From Planctomycetota bacterium (GTDB lineage Bacteria; Planctomycetota; UBA8108; SXIK01): DNA of 64,000 nt. The position numbers and the translations under genes were made by a program. The DNA lies in assembly GCA_965223845.1 (NCBI GenBank), contig CBDCXR010000004.1, positions 3,712,001 to 3,776,000 on the forward strand. The letters run 5' to 3'. Shown piece by piece: positions 1 to 10,000 of the stretch; positions within the stretch are counted from its first letter, which is position 1; every line of letters starts with the position of its first letter. The notes beneath the pieces are model-generated. The model did no database searches and was not told where the DNA came from. It saw only the letters and a program-made list of their open reading frames with translations.

Positions 1-5
1 CCGGC

Positions 6-665
6 GTGGACCCTGCGCACCCGGGCAAGACCGAGACGCTCGGCGTCACGGATGGCAAGCTCGGGATGTGGATCTTCCTCGGCTCGGACGGCATGTCGTT
101 CATGGGCCTCATCGCGGCGTACATCACGCTGCGGGCGGGAAATCTCGACACGTGGCCGGATCCGACGAAGCACCTCGCGATCGGCCTCACCACGATCAAC
201 ACTTTCGTACTGATCGTGAGCAGCTACACGATGGTGCAGGCCTTCCTCGGTGCGCAGTCCGGGGACAAGAAGAAGCTCGCGCGCTATCTCCTCTTTACGA
301 TCATCGGCGGTTGTATCTTTCTCGGAATCCAGGTCTACGAGTACACGCATCAGATTCACATCGGATTCCATATCGCGGGGTTCACTCCCGAGTACATCGC
401 CGCCAATCAGGCGTCCGAACTGTACGCCGATCCGAGCCTGTTGAGTCCGCTCTCCTCGCATGGGATGTTCACGTCGACGTTTTACGTGCTCACCTGCTTC
501 CACGGGTGTCACGTTCTCTCCGGAGTGATCTACCTCACGGTCGTACTCATCGGCGTACTCCGGAATCGCTGGACGGTGAACCGCATCGAGATCGTCGGCC
601 TCTACTGGCACTTCGTCGACCTCGTCTGGATCGTGATCTTCACGATCGTGTACCTGATCATTTAG
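6..665 (+). CDS. ctaE: Heme-copper (cytochrome c) oxidase subunit III; may start upstream of the window
   Basis: KLGMWIFLGSD, NTFVLIVSSYTM, FHGCHV and LYWHFVDLVW motifs typical of COX3; the frame is open to the left edge. Confidence 0.92.
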   Translation: MDPAHPGKTETLGVTDGKLGMWIFLGSDGMSFMGLIAAYITLRAGNLDTWPDPTKHLAIGLTTINTFVLIVSSYTMVQAFLGAQSGDKKKLARYLLFTIIGGCIFLGIQVYEYTHQIHIGFHIAGFTPEYIAANQASELYADPSLLSPLSSHGMFTSTFYVLTCFHGCHVLSGVIYLTVVLIGVLRNRWTVNRIEIVGLYWHFVDLVWIVIFTIVYLII

Positions 666-690
666 GGACCCGAGCGGAGGAAGCGCGGAA

Positions 691-984
691 GTGAGCGCCG
701 AAGGAGAAAAGCATCCGCGGTACTGGCTGGTGATGGCCGCGCTGGCGGTCATGACCATCATCGAGGTCGTCGTCGCCTTGTACCAAGGGGATCGCGGTAG
801 CACGCGATGGGTCGCCGTCATGGTATTCCTCGTCGTGCTCGCATTCGTCAAAGCGGGCTGCGTCGGCCTCTACTTCATGCACCTGATCTCGGAGAAGACG
901 GCGTTCATCTGCATCGTCTGCTTCCCGCTGATCCTAGCCGTCGTCCTCGTCATCGGGCTCATTCCCGACATCGCGCTGGGCTGA
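691..984 (+). CDS. Cytochrome c oxidase subunit IV (caa3-type/CtaF family)
   Basis: 97 aa, 3 TM segments, KAxxVxLYFMHL motif, directly after subunit III. Confidence 0.85.
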   Translation: MSAEGEKHPRYWLVMAALAVMTIIEVVVALYQGDRGSTRWVAVMVFLVVLAFVKAGCVGLYFMHLISEKTAFICIVCFPLILAVVLVIGLIPDIALG

Positions 985-1020
985 TCGATCGACGGCCGGA
1001 CCGACGAGCCTGACTCGCGG

Positions 1021-1155
1021 ATGGGCGCGGTCCCTCCACCCGAGCCCCCTCCCGGCCCACCGGACGACAAGACGCCCTACATTCTTTTCGCGTGGCTCCT
1101 CGTCTGTTTCATCGCGGGACTCGTGCTCCTCGGTCTGACCGCGTTCTTTCTTTGA
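1021..1155 (+). CDS. 44-aa single-TM small protein (not in ORF track)
   Basis: Hand translation: MGAVPPPEPPPGPPDDKTPYILFAWLLVCFIAGLVLLGLTAFFL*; fills the gap between subunit IV and the convergent sixA stop. Confidence 0.6.
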   Translation: MGAVPPPEPPPGPPDDKTPYILFAWLLVCFIAGLVLLGLTAFFL

Positions 1156-1161
1156 GGCGAG

Positions 1162-1677
1162 TCAGTCGTCGCGGAAGGGAAACGTCCCCTTCGTGAAGAA
1201 CTTCGGCGGGAAGAACCACACGAGCTCGCCGATCCCGCGGCCGGCATCGGCCCAGCTCGTGATCGGAAGGTCGATGCGCGCCATCGCTGCGGTCGGAAAC
1301 CGGCAGACGCCCCCGCCGGTCAGCTGCCCGACGAGCTCGCTCGACGTCGGCTCGTGGCCGGCGACGAGGAGACTCTCGGACGCGTCGGGTTCCGCACGGA
1401 CCTCGTTCAAGACGGCGAACGGCGTCGCTTCGTAGAGCGCGCGAGTCACGCGCACGGGCGCGTTCCATTCCCCCGCTGAAGCAGCCAGCTCGGCGGTCGT
1501 TCGCGCCCGCACGGCGGACGACGTGATCACGGAGCTCGGCACCTGATCGGCGAGCCGGAGCAGACGGCCGACGAGCTCCGCCGCGCGGACACCGCGCGGC
1601 GCGAGGGGGCGCTCGTGGTCGGATTCGGCGGTGTCCCAGTCGGACTTGCCGTGGCGGAGGATGATCAGGGTCTTCAT
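1162..1677 (-). CDS. sixA: Phosphohistidine phosphatase SixA family
   Basis: MKTLIILRHGKSDW (RHG motif), RPLAPRG, SSAVRARTTA, AGHEP; start moved to ATG 1677. Confidence 0.9.
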   Translation of the reverse strand: MKTLIILRHGKSDWDTAESDHERPLAPRGVRAAELVGRLLRLADQVPSSVITSSAVRARTTAELAASAGEWNAPVRVTRALYEATPFAVLNEVRAEPDASESLLVAGHEPTSSELVGQLTGGGVCRFPTAAMARIDLPITSWADAGRGIGELVWFFPPKFFTKGTFPFRDD

Positions 1678-1706
1678 TCGGGGGCTCACGCGAAACGGGT
1701 GGATCG

Positions 1707-1958
1707 GAGAGAATATTTCACACGAAGAGCGCGAAGGGAAGAATCGGAACTGGAGAGACCGGAAGAATTGGAATCGGAGAGAGTCTACGAGATGAGCCGC
1801 GGAAGATTCGACGAGTTCAGATTCGCCCGGCTTGGCGCAAATCGAACATCAGCATGCGAGAAAAGTTCTCGGCGATCAGCGAATGCCCGGATTCCCTACC
1901 CTCAACATCCATTTTTCTTCCCTTCGCGCTCTTCGCGCTCTTCGTGTTCAATACTCTC
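1707..1958. repeat. Intergenic inverted-repeat element with 9-nt-period arms (REPIN/MITE-like)
   Basis: Left arm CACGAAGAGCGCGAAGGGAAGAA (1721-1743); right arm TTCTTCCCTTCGCGCTCTTCGCGCTCTTCGTG (1915-1946) is its reverse complement plus one extra 9-nt unit; outer flanks GAGAGAATATT / AATACTCTC also pair imperfectly; internal 21-nt direct repeat at 1738 and 1762. Confidence 0.75.
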
Positions 1959-1979
1959 ATCTGAAATCGGATACGCGAT

Positions 1980-2489
1980 ATGCCCCTCGCTGAGACCCTT
2001 CAAAAAATCGAAGCCGACATCCAAGCCGGAGACCTCGGCAAGGCGCGCGATCGACTGAACGGCCTCCTCAGCACCTACCCCGAGAAGATCGCGCTCCGGC
2101 GTAAGCTCGCCGAGATCCACCTCGATCTCCAGGATCCCTGCGCCGCTGGACGGTGGGCGTACCTCGTCCCCGACCGCTCGGCGGATCTCGACGCGGCGGT
2201 CGCCGTCTTTGAAGCCGCCTGCGGATCGCGCGCGGCCGAAATCGCGCGCCGGCTCAAGGTGCGCGCTCCGTTCGACCGCATCGACGAGCCGTACGCGCGT
2301 GAGCGGCTCTCCGAGCTCGCCGCCGAAGCACGAAGCACGGACCGCATCGACATCGCGAGCGGGAGACACGAGCCCTCGCGCACCGACACCTTCATCGCCT
2401 ACGGCTGCATGCTCAGCCTCGCGGCGATTCTCGTCTTCGCGATGATCGGTGCCGTCAGCGCGTCTCGCTGGCTCTTCGGCGATCGCTGA
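1980..2489 (+). CDS. Hypothetical protein, TPR-like N-terminus and C-terminal TM (DUF6584-like)
   Basis: MPLAETLQKIEADIQAGDLGKARDRLNGLLSTYP...AAGRWAYL; C-terminal hydrophobic helix. Confidence 0.65.
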   Translation: MPLAETLQKIEADIQAGDLGKARDRLNGLLSTYPEKIALRRKLAEIHLDLQDPCAAGRWAYLVPDRSADLDAAVAVFEAACGSRAAEIARRLKVRAPFDRIDEPYARERLSELAAEARSTDRIDIASGRHEPSRTDTFIAYGCMLSLAAILVFAMIGAVSASRWLFGDR

Positions 2490-2498
2490 CGGTCGCGT

Positions 2499-2699
2499 TC
2501 AACCCCGCGAACGCGCTCGCTCGCGCAGCAGGTGCACGAAGTACGCCGCGGTCGCGACACCGCCGACACCGAGGATCGCAAGGAGCGGAAGGTCCTCCGG
2601 GCTCGGACTCCGGCGCCACTCGAAGAAGCGGTAGCCGCCGTAGCCGAACGAAAAGACGATCACCGTGAAGATGAGTACGTAGTGAGCCTTGAGGAGCAC
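2499..2699 (-). CDS. Small 2-TM hypothetical membrane protein
   Basis: 66 aa with two hydrophobic helices; GGAG upstream of the GTG start. Confidence 0.6.
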   Translation of the reverse strand: MLLKAHYVLIFTVIVFSFGYGGYRFFEWRRSPSPEDLPLLAILGVGGVATAAYFVHLLRERARSRG

Positions 2700-2839
2700 G
2701 CAAAACTCCGGTCGAGTGGGTGGATCAGCAACGGGCAGTCTATCGCGGAGCGCGCGAGACGCCAGACTCGCGTGGTCTTAGGTGGCAGCCGCTCCGGAGG
2801 CCCCGCGACTCGCCGCGAAATCGCTCAGCGAGGAAACGA

Positions 2840-2877
2840 CGGAGCCGCGGAGAGCTCGCATTCTCCCCGCGGCTCCG
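2840..2877 (-). terminator. GC-rich hairpin, probable terminator of the PDZ gene
   Basis: CGGAGCCGCGG / CCGCGGCTCCG 11-bp perfect stem about 25 nt past the stop at 2902; only a weak U-tract. Confidence 0.5.
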
Positions 2878-2901
2878 CCCCATCAACGGGTCTTACCGCA
2901 T

Positions 2902-4203
2902 TCAGACGCTCGTCGCGGAGTTGTCGACGTCGATCTTGTCCGGCGCCTCGTCCGGTTTGGCGGGTGCTTTCTGCGGAACCTTGGGTACGGGGCGGGCCCG
3001 TTCGAAGACACGCTTCACCCGTGCCTGGACGTCCTCCGGGAGCGTCTCGAGCTCGCTCTCGTCGATTCCGTCCGCGACGCGCTCGCCGTTCTTCTCGACC
3101 GTGATTCTCGTCACTCCGTTCTCGGTCTCGAGCTCGATATCGTAGCCGTCCTCGACGACTCGAACCGATGAGCGAGACGACCGCGAGAATCCCGGGTGAG
3201 AATCGAAGTTCCGGTCGAAGTCACGCAGCGCGCGCTCGATCTGATCGCGGAACTCGTCCTCGCCGAGAATGCCGTCGAGCCGCTTCCGGAGCTCCTCCGG
3301 CAGCTCGCCGTCCTTCCAACCCTTGGGCGGAATCTTGAACGGAAAGAGCTCCCCGTCGAGATGGAGGCGACCGCGGAACCCATCGAACGGCTTCCAAAAG
3401 AGATCGAGGTCGCCCCGCCGATCGCCGGGACGGGGGAGAAACTCCCGCCACGAACGGTTGCGCGGGGAGAATTGGAGCTCGTCGGGGAGAGCGTCGAGCG
3501 TCACGTTGATCTTCTTTCTCTCGCCCTTCTGGATCAGCTCGATCGCCACTTCATCGCCGGCGCGGCGATCCCGGATGGCGGTGACGAATCCGGCGCCGCC
3601 TCGAATCTCGTTTCCACCGACGCTCACGATCACGTCGTTCGCACGGATCCCAGCCGCGGCCGCCGCCGATCCCGCGCGCACGTCGCCGACGACGATCCCG
3701 ACGCCGGGCTCGAGGTCGAGGTGATAGGCGAGGAGCGACGGGACTTCCCCGAATCCTACGCCGAGGAACGCTGGCCGCTCCGGGGGGGATGCCTTCTCGG
3801 ATTCGCCCGATCGGCGCGGATCCGTGAGGATCGGAAAGTCATCGGGCCGCTCGCCGAGGGTCACTTCGATGGTGGAGGATTCACCGCTCCGTTCGATGCT
3901 GAGCGACAGCTTCTCCCCCGGCCTCGCCGAGCGGATCATCGACACGACTTCCCTCGGATCGGTAATCGTCGCGTCGCCGATCTTGCGAATGATGTCACCG
4001 ACGCGGAGGCCGGCGCTTTCCGCAGGGGCTCCCTTCACCACCCGTCGAACAGAGACGCCCTTGGTCTCGCCGTCGTCGACTCCGGCCAGGAAGGCACCGA
4101 GGTACGCTCCCTCCGCCGCCGGGGAGGCGGAGGCAATCCACGCCGGCGACGAGACGACGATTCCGGCCGCGACGGCAAGGGTCAGCAGGTGTGCGAGTCT
4201 CAT
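2902..4203 (-). CDS. Exported tandem-PDZ protein without a protease domain
   Basis: Signal peptide; two PDZ domains (AYLGAFL...PAESAGLRVGDII; AFLGVGF...AAAAAGIRANDVI); no trypsin GNSGG motif; RBS GAGGAG. Confidence 0.85.
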   Translation of the reverse strand: MRLAHLLTLAVAAGIVVSSPAWIASASPAAEGAYLGAFLAGVDDGETKGVSVRRVVKGAPAESAGLRVGDIIRKIGDATITDPREVVSMIRSARPGEKLSLSIERSGESSTIEVTLGERPDDFPILTDPRRSGESEKASPPERPAFLGVGFGEVPSLLAYHLDLEPGVGIVVGDVRAGSAAAAAGIRANDVIVSVGGNEIRGGAGFVTAIRDRRAGDEVAIELIQKGERKKINVTLDALPDELQFSPRNRSWREFLPRPGDRRGDLDLFWKPFDGFRGRLHLDGELFPFKIPPKGWKDGELPEELRKRLDGILGEDEFRDQIERALRDFDRNFDSHPGFSRSSRSSVRVVEDGYDIELETENGVTRITVEKNGERVADGIDESELETLPEDVQARVKRVFERARPVPKVPQKAPAKPDEAPDKIDVDNSATSV

Positions 4204-4559
4204 GGTTCAAAACTCCTCTGACGTCAAGAACGGCGGCGACGGCCCCGGCTCGACCTGCTGGACCCTCGAGCGACGGGCATCGCATCCGTATCGGTTGGCC
4301 CCGATTCGGGGCGCGGGAACTGCCGCCTCAGCCGGTGGACTGAATGGGCGAGCCAAGACAGCGGACAAAGAACGACATCGGGTCCTACGCGGCTGTCCCG
4401 TGAGGGTGATTGTCGCGCTTCAACCGGCCGTCGTTCCCCGTGCGGACCCGCGAGACCGAGCGGCGGGATCCGAAGCGGACGGCGTCCGATCGATGGACCG
4501 ACGTCTCGGCGCCAGCTCTCCGGCGAGAGCTGCATCGAAACAACCGAGACGACCGACGA

Positions 4560-4594
4560 GACGCGGCGCGCGGGCGCGCGTTTCAGAAAAAAAA
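4560..4594 (-). promoter_or_regulatory. Putative ECF-sigma promoter TGAAAC-N16-CGTC
   Basis: Minus strand reads TTTTTTTTC-TGAAAC-GCGCGCCCGCGCGCCG-CGTC, the SigW/SigM-type AAC/CGT consensus, between the anti-sigma and PDZ genes. Confidence 0.6.
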
Positions 4595-4791
4595 CGGAAA
4601 CCCGGGTTCGGGTCGGAAACCGCTCGGCGGAAGGACGTTTGCCGCGTCGACCGGTCGGAGCGATCTCAGCACTCGCCGGCCGTGGCCAGCCGTCGGAGGC
4701 GAGGGCGGAATCGGAACGCGCCGCTCGTCCGCGGGGCCGGATAGGGGGCGATTCGGGACTCGGTTGAAATGGTCGTAAGCGCATTCCGCGC

Positions 4792-5496
4792 TCAGTGATA
4801 GGGCCACGATTCGAGCCGAATGAACTGCGGCTCGACGCGCTCGAGCTCGAGCCGAATCGGAGGCCCGGTCGAGTTCTCCACCTCCGATCGGCCATCGCCG
4901 GCGCCGTCACCGCCCGACGTCGGCGTGAGATCGTAGGAAACCCACGCGCGATTCAGCCACACGCCGACCGGTCCGTCGGCACCGGGAAGAACGCGAATCT
5001 CATCGACGGAGATCGCACGGCGCGCTTCGGCCTCGGGATCGAGCGGATCACCTGCGCTCGAGCCGCCGGGCAAGAGATCGGACGCGGCGACCGCCGCACC
5101 GGTATTCGTCGAACGCGGATCGTCCCGTCCCTCACCGACAGGGTCGAGCACGCTCAGCCCGATGAGCGAGCAAACGACGACCGCCGCGGCCGCTAGGAGA
5201 AACGGGTTGGCTCCCGAGCGAAATCGCCACCACTCGGACTCGCGCCGACCGGCGCGAGCCGCCGTGACGATAGCGTCACCGAGCTCCGCGGGAGGAGCCC
5301 CGCCTTGAAGAATACCTCGAAGTCGCTCGGTGCGCGCGCGCTCCTCATCAAACCACTGTCGGCAATCACCGCATTCGGTGAGATGCGCATCGGCGCGCTC
5401 GACATCGGCGGACGCAGCTTCGTCGTCGACACGGGAAGAAAGAACGAGCTGCACTTCGTTACAGTCGGTGGCGGAATGATCTCGATCGTTAGGCAT
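4792..5496 (-). CDS. Zinc-binding anti-sigma factor (zf-HC2/ZAS), single TM
   Basis: CNEVQLVLSSRVDDE...HLTECGDC (HxxxCxxC); TM PFLLAAAAVVVCSLIGLSVL; ATG 5496 overlaps the sigma stop. Confidence 0.85.
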   Translation of the reverse strand: MPNDRDHSATDCNEVQLVLSSRVDDEAASADVERADAHLTECGDCRQWFDEERARTERLRGILQGGAPPAELGDAIVTAARAGRRESEWWRFRSGANPFLLAAAAVVVCSLIGLSVLDPVGEGRDDPRSTNTGAAVAASDLLPGGSSAGDPLDPEAEARRAISVDEIRVLPGADGPVGVWLNRAWVSYDLTPTSGGDGAGDGRSEVENSTGPPIRLELERVEPQFIRLESWPYH

Positions 5497-6196
5497 TGCA
5501 GCACTTGGCTCGTAGCAATTGACGGGCTCTGAAGATGCGGACTCGTACGGAGTTTTCGCTGATCCCGAGCAACTCGCTGATCTCCGAGTACGGAAGGTCC
5601 TGGGCATGGCGTAAGAGAAGCGGCTCGCGATAGAGAGGCGGGAGCGCCTCGATCTGCTCGAGAAGAGCCTCGGCCTCCTCTCTCTGCACGAGTCGTTCGT
5701 CCGGTTTCAATCCTGAGTCCTCCCCCTCCAGCTCGTCCGTGAAGACGACCTTGTCGCCGCGGCGGCGCTTTTTTCGGAAGTGATCGCGAAGCAGATTCTC
5801 CGCCGTGCGGTAAAGCCACGCAGAGAACCGCGCCGGATTGCGGAGTCGCGAAAAACCCCGGAGCGCTCGAAGAAGCGACTCCTGGCAGAGATCGTCGACG
5901 ATCTCCGGGTCGCGGATTCGCCCGCGAAACCAGCCGCGGAGCCAGCCCACGTTGTCGTGGACGAGGGATTCGAGCGCGGCCTCGTCTATCCGGCCTCCAC
6001 CCAGTCGGTCGCGATCGCTCGACGCCGGTGACGCGGAGCGCGGTTTGAACGTCCTTCCTCCCGGGGAACTCTCTGGGGTCATCCCCGACGCGCCGGAGAA
6101 CGGGGCCGGCACGCTCAAGCTGTGAGTCGAGTTTTCCATTGCGTCCTTAGAGACGCGCTCGGGCTCCGGCTGTTTCGTGGGCGGCGTGGACATCAT
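5489..6196 (-). CDS. ECF RNA polymerase sigma factor with N-terminal extension
   Basis: Region 2 VDDLCQESLLRA...FSAWLYRTAENLLRDHFRK; region 4 LPPLYREPLLLRH...YSEISELLGISENSVRVRIFRAR. Confidence 0.93.
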   Translation of the reverse strand: MMSTPPTKQPEPERVSKDAMENSTHSLSVPAPFSGASGMTPESSPGGRTFKPRSASPASSDRDRLGGGRIDEAALESLVHDNVGWLRGWFRGRIRDPEIVDDLCQESLLRALRGFSRLRNPARFSAWLYRTAENLLRDHFRKKRRRGDKVVFTDELEGEDSGLKPDERLVQREEAEALLEQIEALPPLYREPLLLRHAQDLPYSEISELLGISENSVRVRIFRARQLLRAKCCNA

Positions 6197-6201
6197 CGTA
6201 A

Positions 6202-6229
6202 ATATTATCGGAAAAGGAACTTACGTCAA
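6202..6229 (-). promoter_or_regulatory. Sigma70-like promoter of the ECF gene (probably leaderless transcript)
   Basis: TTGACG-N16-TAATAT ending 5 nt before ATG 6196, in an AT-rich patch. Confidence 0.55.
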
Positions 6230-6439
6230 TCGCCAGTGTGCTCGAGGGCCGAAATCATCCCCGGGGAATGACCCGACAAAGAGATAAGGGCCGTCTTGGC
6301 GCCCCGCTGAATCTCGGTCGGCCCCGCTGCGGTCGACGCCGTCCAAGTTCGCGACATCGCCCTTCCGCGCGCGAATTCGCCTAAGAGCCCGCCCCCACTC
6401 GACGACCTCACGATAGCGACGGTGACCTCGAGGAACGAC

Positions 6440-7009
6440 ATGACGGATCAGGATCTCCTGAGATCGTTCGCCGATCGGGCGGACGTGCAGTCTCTCGATC
6501 TGTTCATCCAGCGCTATCAAACTCCGCTCCTTCGCTTCGCGACCAAGTTCCTGGGCGATCGGGACGCGGCGTTCGATGTCGTGCAGGAGACGTTCCTTCA
6601 GGTCGCCGAGCGACCGGCAAAACTCTTCGGCGTCGAGAGCTGTCACAACTGGTTACTCCGCGTCGCGCGCAACATCGGAATCGATCACTTGCGCCGAAAG
6701 CGGACCCGGCGCGAGCACCAGTCGCGTGTCGCCGCTCACACGGCGGGTGTCCGCACCGGAGCCGACGAGAGCGACCGGCCCACCGCGGCGATCGAACGGA
6801 GTGAAATCCGCCGCGAAGTGCGCGCGGAAATCGATCGGCTCAAGCCGCGCTACCGAGAGCTTCTGCTCCTCAAGGTCGTCGAAGAAAAATCCTACAAGGA
6901 GATCGCAGAGATCACTGGACTCACGGCCACGAACGTCGGCTATCTGCTCCACAAGGCGATGAAGATCCTCACGGAGAGACTCCAACGCCGGCGGGAGGAC
7001 CTCGAATGA
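6440..7009 (+). CDS. ECF RNA polymerase sigma factor
   Basis: AFDVVQETFLQV, WLLRVARNIGIDHLRR, KSYKEIAEITGLTATNVGYLLHKA; GAGG before ATG 6440. Confidence 0.93.
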   Translation: MTDQDLLRSFADRADVQSLDLFIQRYQTPLLRFATKFLGDRDAAFDVVQETFLQVAERPAKLFGVESCHNWLLRVARNIGIDHLRRKRTRREHQSRVAAHTAGVRTGADESDRPTAAIERSEIRREVRAEIDRLKPRYRELLLLKVVEEKSYKEIAEITGLTATNVGYLLHKAMKILTERLQRRREDLE

Positions 7010-10000
7010 ACAGACGAACTCGGCGAGACGAGACCGCGGGCGGACGGACACGCCAGGGGGGAAGGGGCTCGCTCCGCCACTCGGAGTACCTCCTCACCGC
7101 TTACCTCTTCGGCGACATTTCGCGCGCCGGCCGCGCGGAGGTCGAGCGCGAGCTCGCATCTTCGGATGAGCTTCAAGCCGAGTACGAAGCTCTCGCCGCG
7201 ACGCGCGACCTCGTCCGCGATGCGCTGCTCGCACCGGAAGAGTGTGAGGACGACGGATCGGCCGACGACGGGACCGGAGAATCCGCCGGGAAGGGCGATC
7301 CGCCATCGTTCGCCGCCGAGCGCTTTCAAGTTCTCGCGACTCAGCGCCGCGCGAAGCGGCGCCGTGCTCGCCAAGTCACGCTCGCGAGCGTCGCGAGTGT
7401 CGCCGCGACGATCGTCGTCGCGGGATTGCTCTTTCCGACCCTCCAGAGCGGGCGGGACGAGAGCTACCGCTATCTTCAGACGGAGCCGGCGGCGTCCACT
7501 CCCGCGACGGTCGCAAGCGCGGACGTCGACGAGTATCTAGTGGCACCGGCGAGAGCTGGCGGCAAGCCGGGAAAATCGAAACGGGCCCGCGGCGAGGGTG
7601 CCGTCGGGGTCAACCGCGCGACTGGCTTCCAGGCCGTCGCGGGATCGGACAATCGTGGACTCGGCGAAGTCGAGGACGTCGAGTTCTACGATGTCGAAAC
7701 CCCCGCCATCTCGAATGTCTCACGCGCCGCGCCGAAGCTCCAAGAGTTCGACGAGAAAGGAATCGAGCTCGCCGCCGGCACGGAACTCTCCGGCGCGGTC
7801 GGCCTGCGCGAGTCGAAGAAGAACTCCGCGCCGGCGGACGGAGACCGGAACTCGCGAATCACCGCCGACGACGGCAAGCGATCGTCCGCCCGCGCGCCGC
7901 TGAGCCGAGAGCCTCGCCCCGACGCGAAAGACGACTGGTTCGAGCGCGAGGCCGACGACGCGGACGACGACTTCGCGGCTGGCGCCGCGAGCGACCTCAG
8001 CTACTACCGGCGCGATAGCGCGCCGGAATCGTCCGTGGCGCCGCCTCCTCCTACCGGGATTCACGTGCCCGTACAGAAACGCAAACGGGAGCAGCACGCT
8101 CCGTTGAAGGACGAGCTGGCCGGGGCGGATCAGCAAGGTCGGGCCGCAGGAGGCCAGCGAGGCCAAAGCACACTCGAGCTCGAGTCGCGGACGAGGACCA
8201 CGGAGAAGGCGCCGGAACTGGAAGGCCGAGAGAGCGCCCGCCAGTACATGGTCGTCCGGCCCCCGCCGGACGAGGTTTCGGCCGAAGTTCCCCTCGGAAC
8301 GGACTTCGACTCGCTCTCCAACAACCGCGTCGAGCGCGATCCCAACGAAGCGAGTTCCCGTTGGGGCACTCGCGGCGCCGGAGCCGGTCGTCGACTCGGC
8401 GGTGGTGAGGGCGGTGGCGGCGGCGTGCGGAACTTCTCGACGCCGCGTCAGGTCGAACGTTCTCTCGGCGGCGAAGCGCTCGTCGCCGACCTCGGGGTCA
8501 CGAAGCAGGGCGCCGCCGAAGTCACGGACGAATCCGGTGTGGACGGCGGCGCCGCCGGGGCCAGGGTCGATCGGATCCGGGGGCGTGGCGTTGCCGAGCG
8601 AGAGCTCGAGCGTTTCGGGGTGGAGAAGCAGCTCGAAGAGCAGCTCCGGCAGGTTCCGAACGCACGAGACATCGCGCAGCTCAAAGAGCTCCGCGCGAAG
8701 AAGCCTGCGCTCCGGAGCGAGACGGAAGAAGATGTAACTCGGTTTGACGATCGCTTAGCGGCCACCAACGAGGAAAAGGCCGAAGCGGAGCCTTCGAAGG
8801 CGAATGACGGACTCTACGACTCGAGTCCGTCCTCCGGCGAAGCCCGCGCGAAAAACGACGCACTCGCGATTTCCGCCCAGAGCCGGGCCGGCGGACGCGA
8901 GGCGCCGGACGCGTCGACCCTCGTCGTTCGAGCGGCGGAGCTCGCAGACCTTCCCGAGCTCGGACGCCAGTTCACCGGTGTTCACGGTTCCTGGGCGTAC
9001 CGGCCGATCGACGACGGGCGCCACCTGTGGCCGCGCTACGAAGGGAAGCGCTCTGCTGAGAGCGAACGCCTCCTCCGCGGCTTCCGCTACTACCGATCGC
9101 TCGACCAGCAGCTCACGTTCGGGAACTACGCCACGCAGCTCGAGGGCGGACGCGCGCTCGTCGTCCCCGCCCCGTCGATCGGCGACGAGGGTCTCGGGCG
9201 CGATGGCTTCCGCGTGCGCTACGGCGTGAACCCGTTCGTAGAAACAACTCGCGATCGCCAGTCCACCTTCTCGATGGACGTCGACACCGCGTCGTTTACG
9301 CGAGCTCGAGAGCGTCTTCGCGCCGGGACGCTTCCCGATCCTTCGACCGTTCGCGTCGAAGAGTTCGTCAACTACTTCCCGAGCGCTTGCGGCGGCGACA
9401 GTGAGCGTCCGTTCGCGATCTGCGTCTCGGGTGGACCAGCGCCGTTCGGCGAGGGCCTCGACCTCCTCCGCGTGACGATCAAGGCCCGCGAGCTCCGGCC
9501 CGACGAGCGACCGCGTGTCGTCCTCACGCTAGCGGTGGACACCTCGGGATCGATGCACTCGGAGCGAAGCTTCGATCTCGCTCGCACCGCGCTCGCATCG
9601 CTCGTCGAAGCGCTCGAACCGGACGATCAGATCGGAATCGTCGCCTACAACACGAGCGCCTACGTCGTTCTCCCGCACACACCGGTGCGCGAAGCGAAGC
9701 GCATCGCAGGAGCGCTCGACGCCCTCGTCCCGCGTGGCGGCACCAATCTCGAAAACGGTCTCAGCCTCGCCTACCGCCTCGCGGACGAGGTCCGGCGGCC
9801 GCGCGCGATCAACCGCGTCATTCTCTGCTCGGACGGAGTCTCGAACGTCGGCGCGCGCGAGCCGGAGGAAGTTCTCGCCAAGGTGAAAGTCTACGCAAAG
9901 CGCGGAATCTATCTCTCCGTCGTCGGTTTCGGCGGGAAGAAGTACAACGACCGCTTCCTCGAGCGCATCTCAGGCGAAGGGAACGGCAACTACTCGTACG

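Noticed and set aside
1615-2058. 147-aa ORF with ESELER repeats
   Set aside because: A by-product of the purine-rich repeat element; overlaps sixA and the next gene
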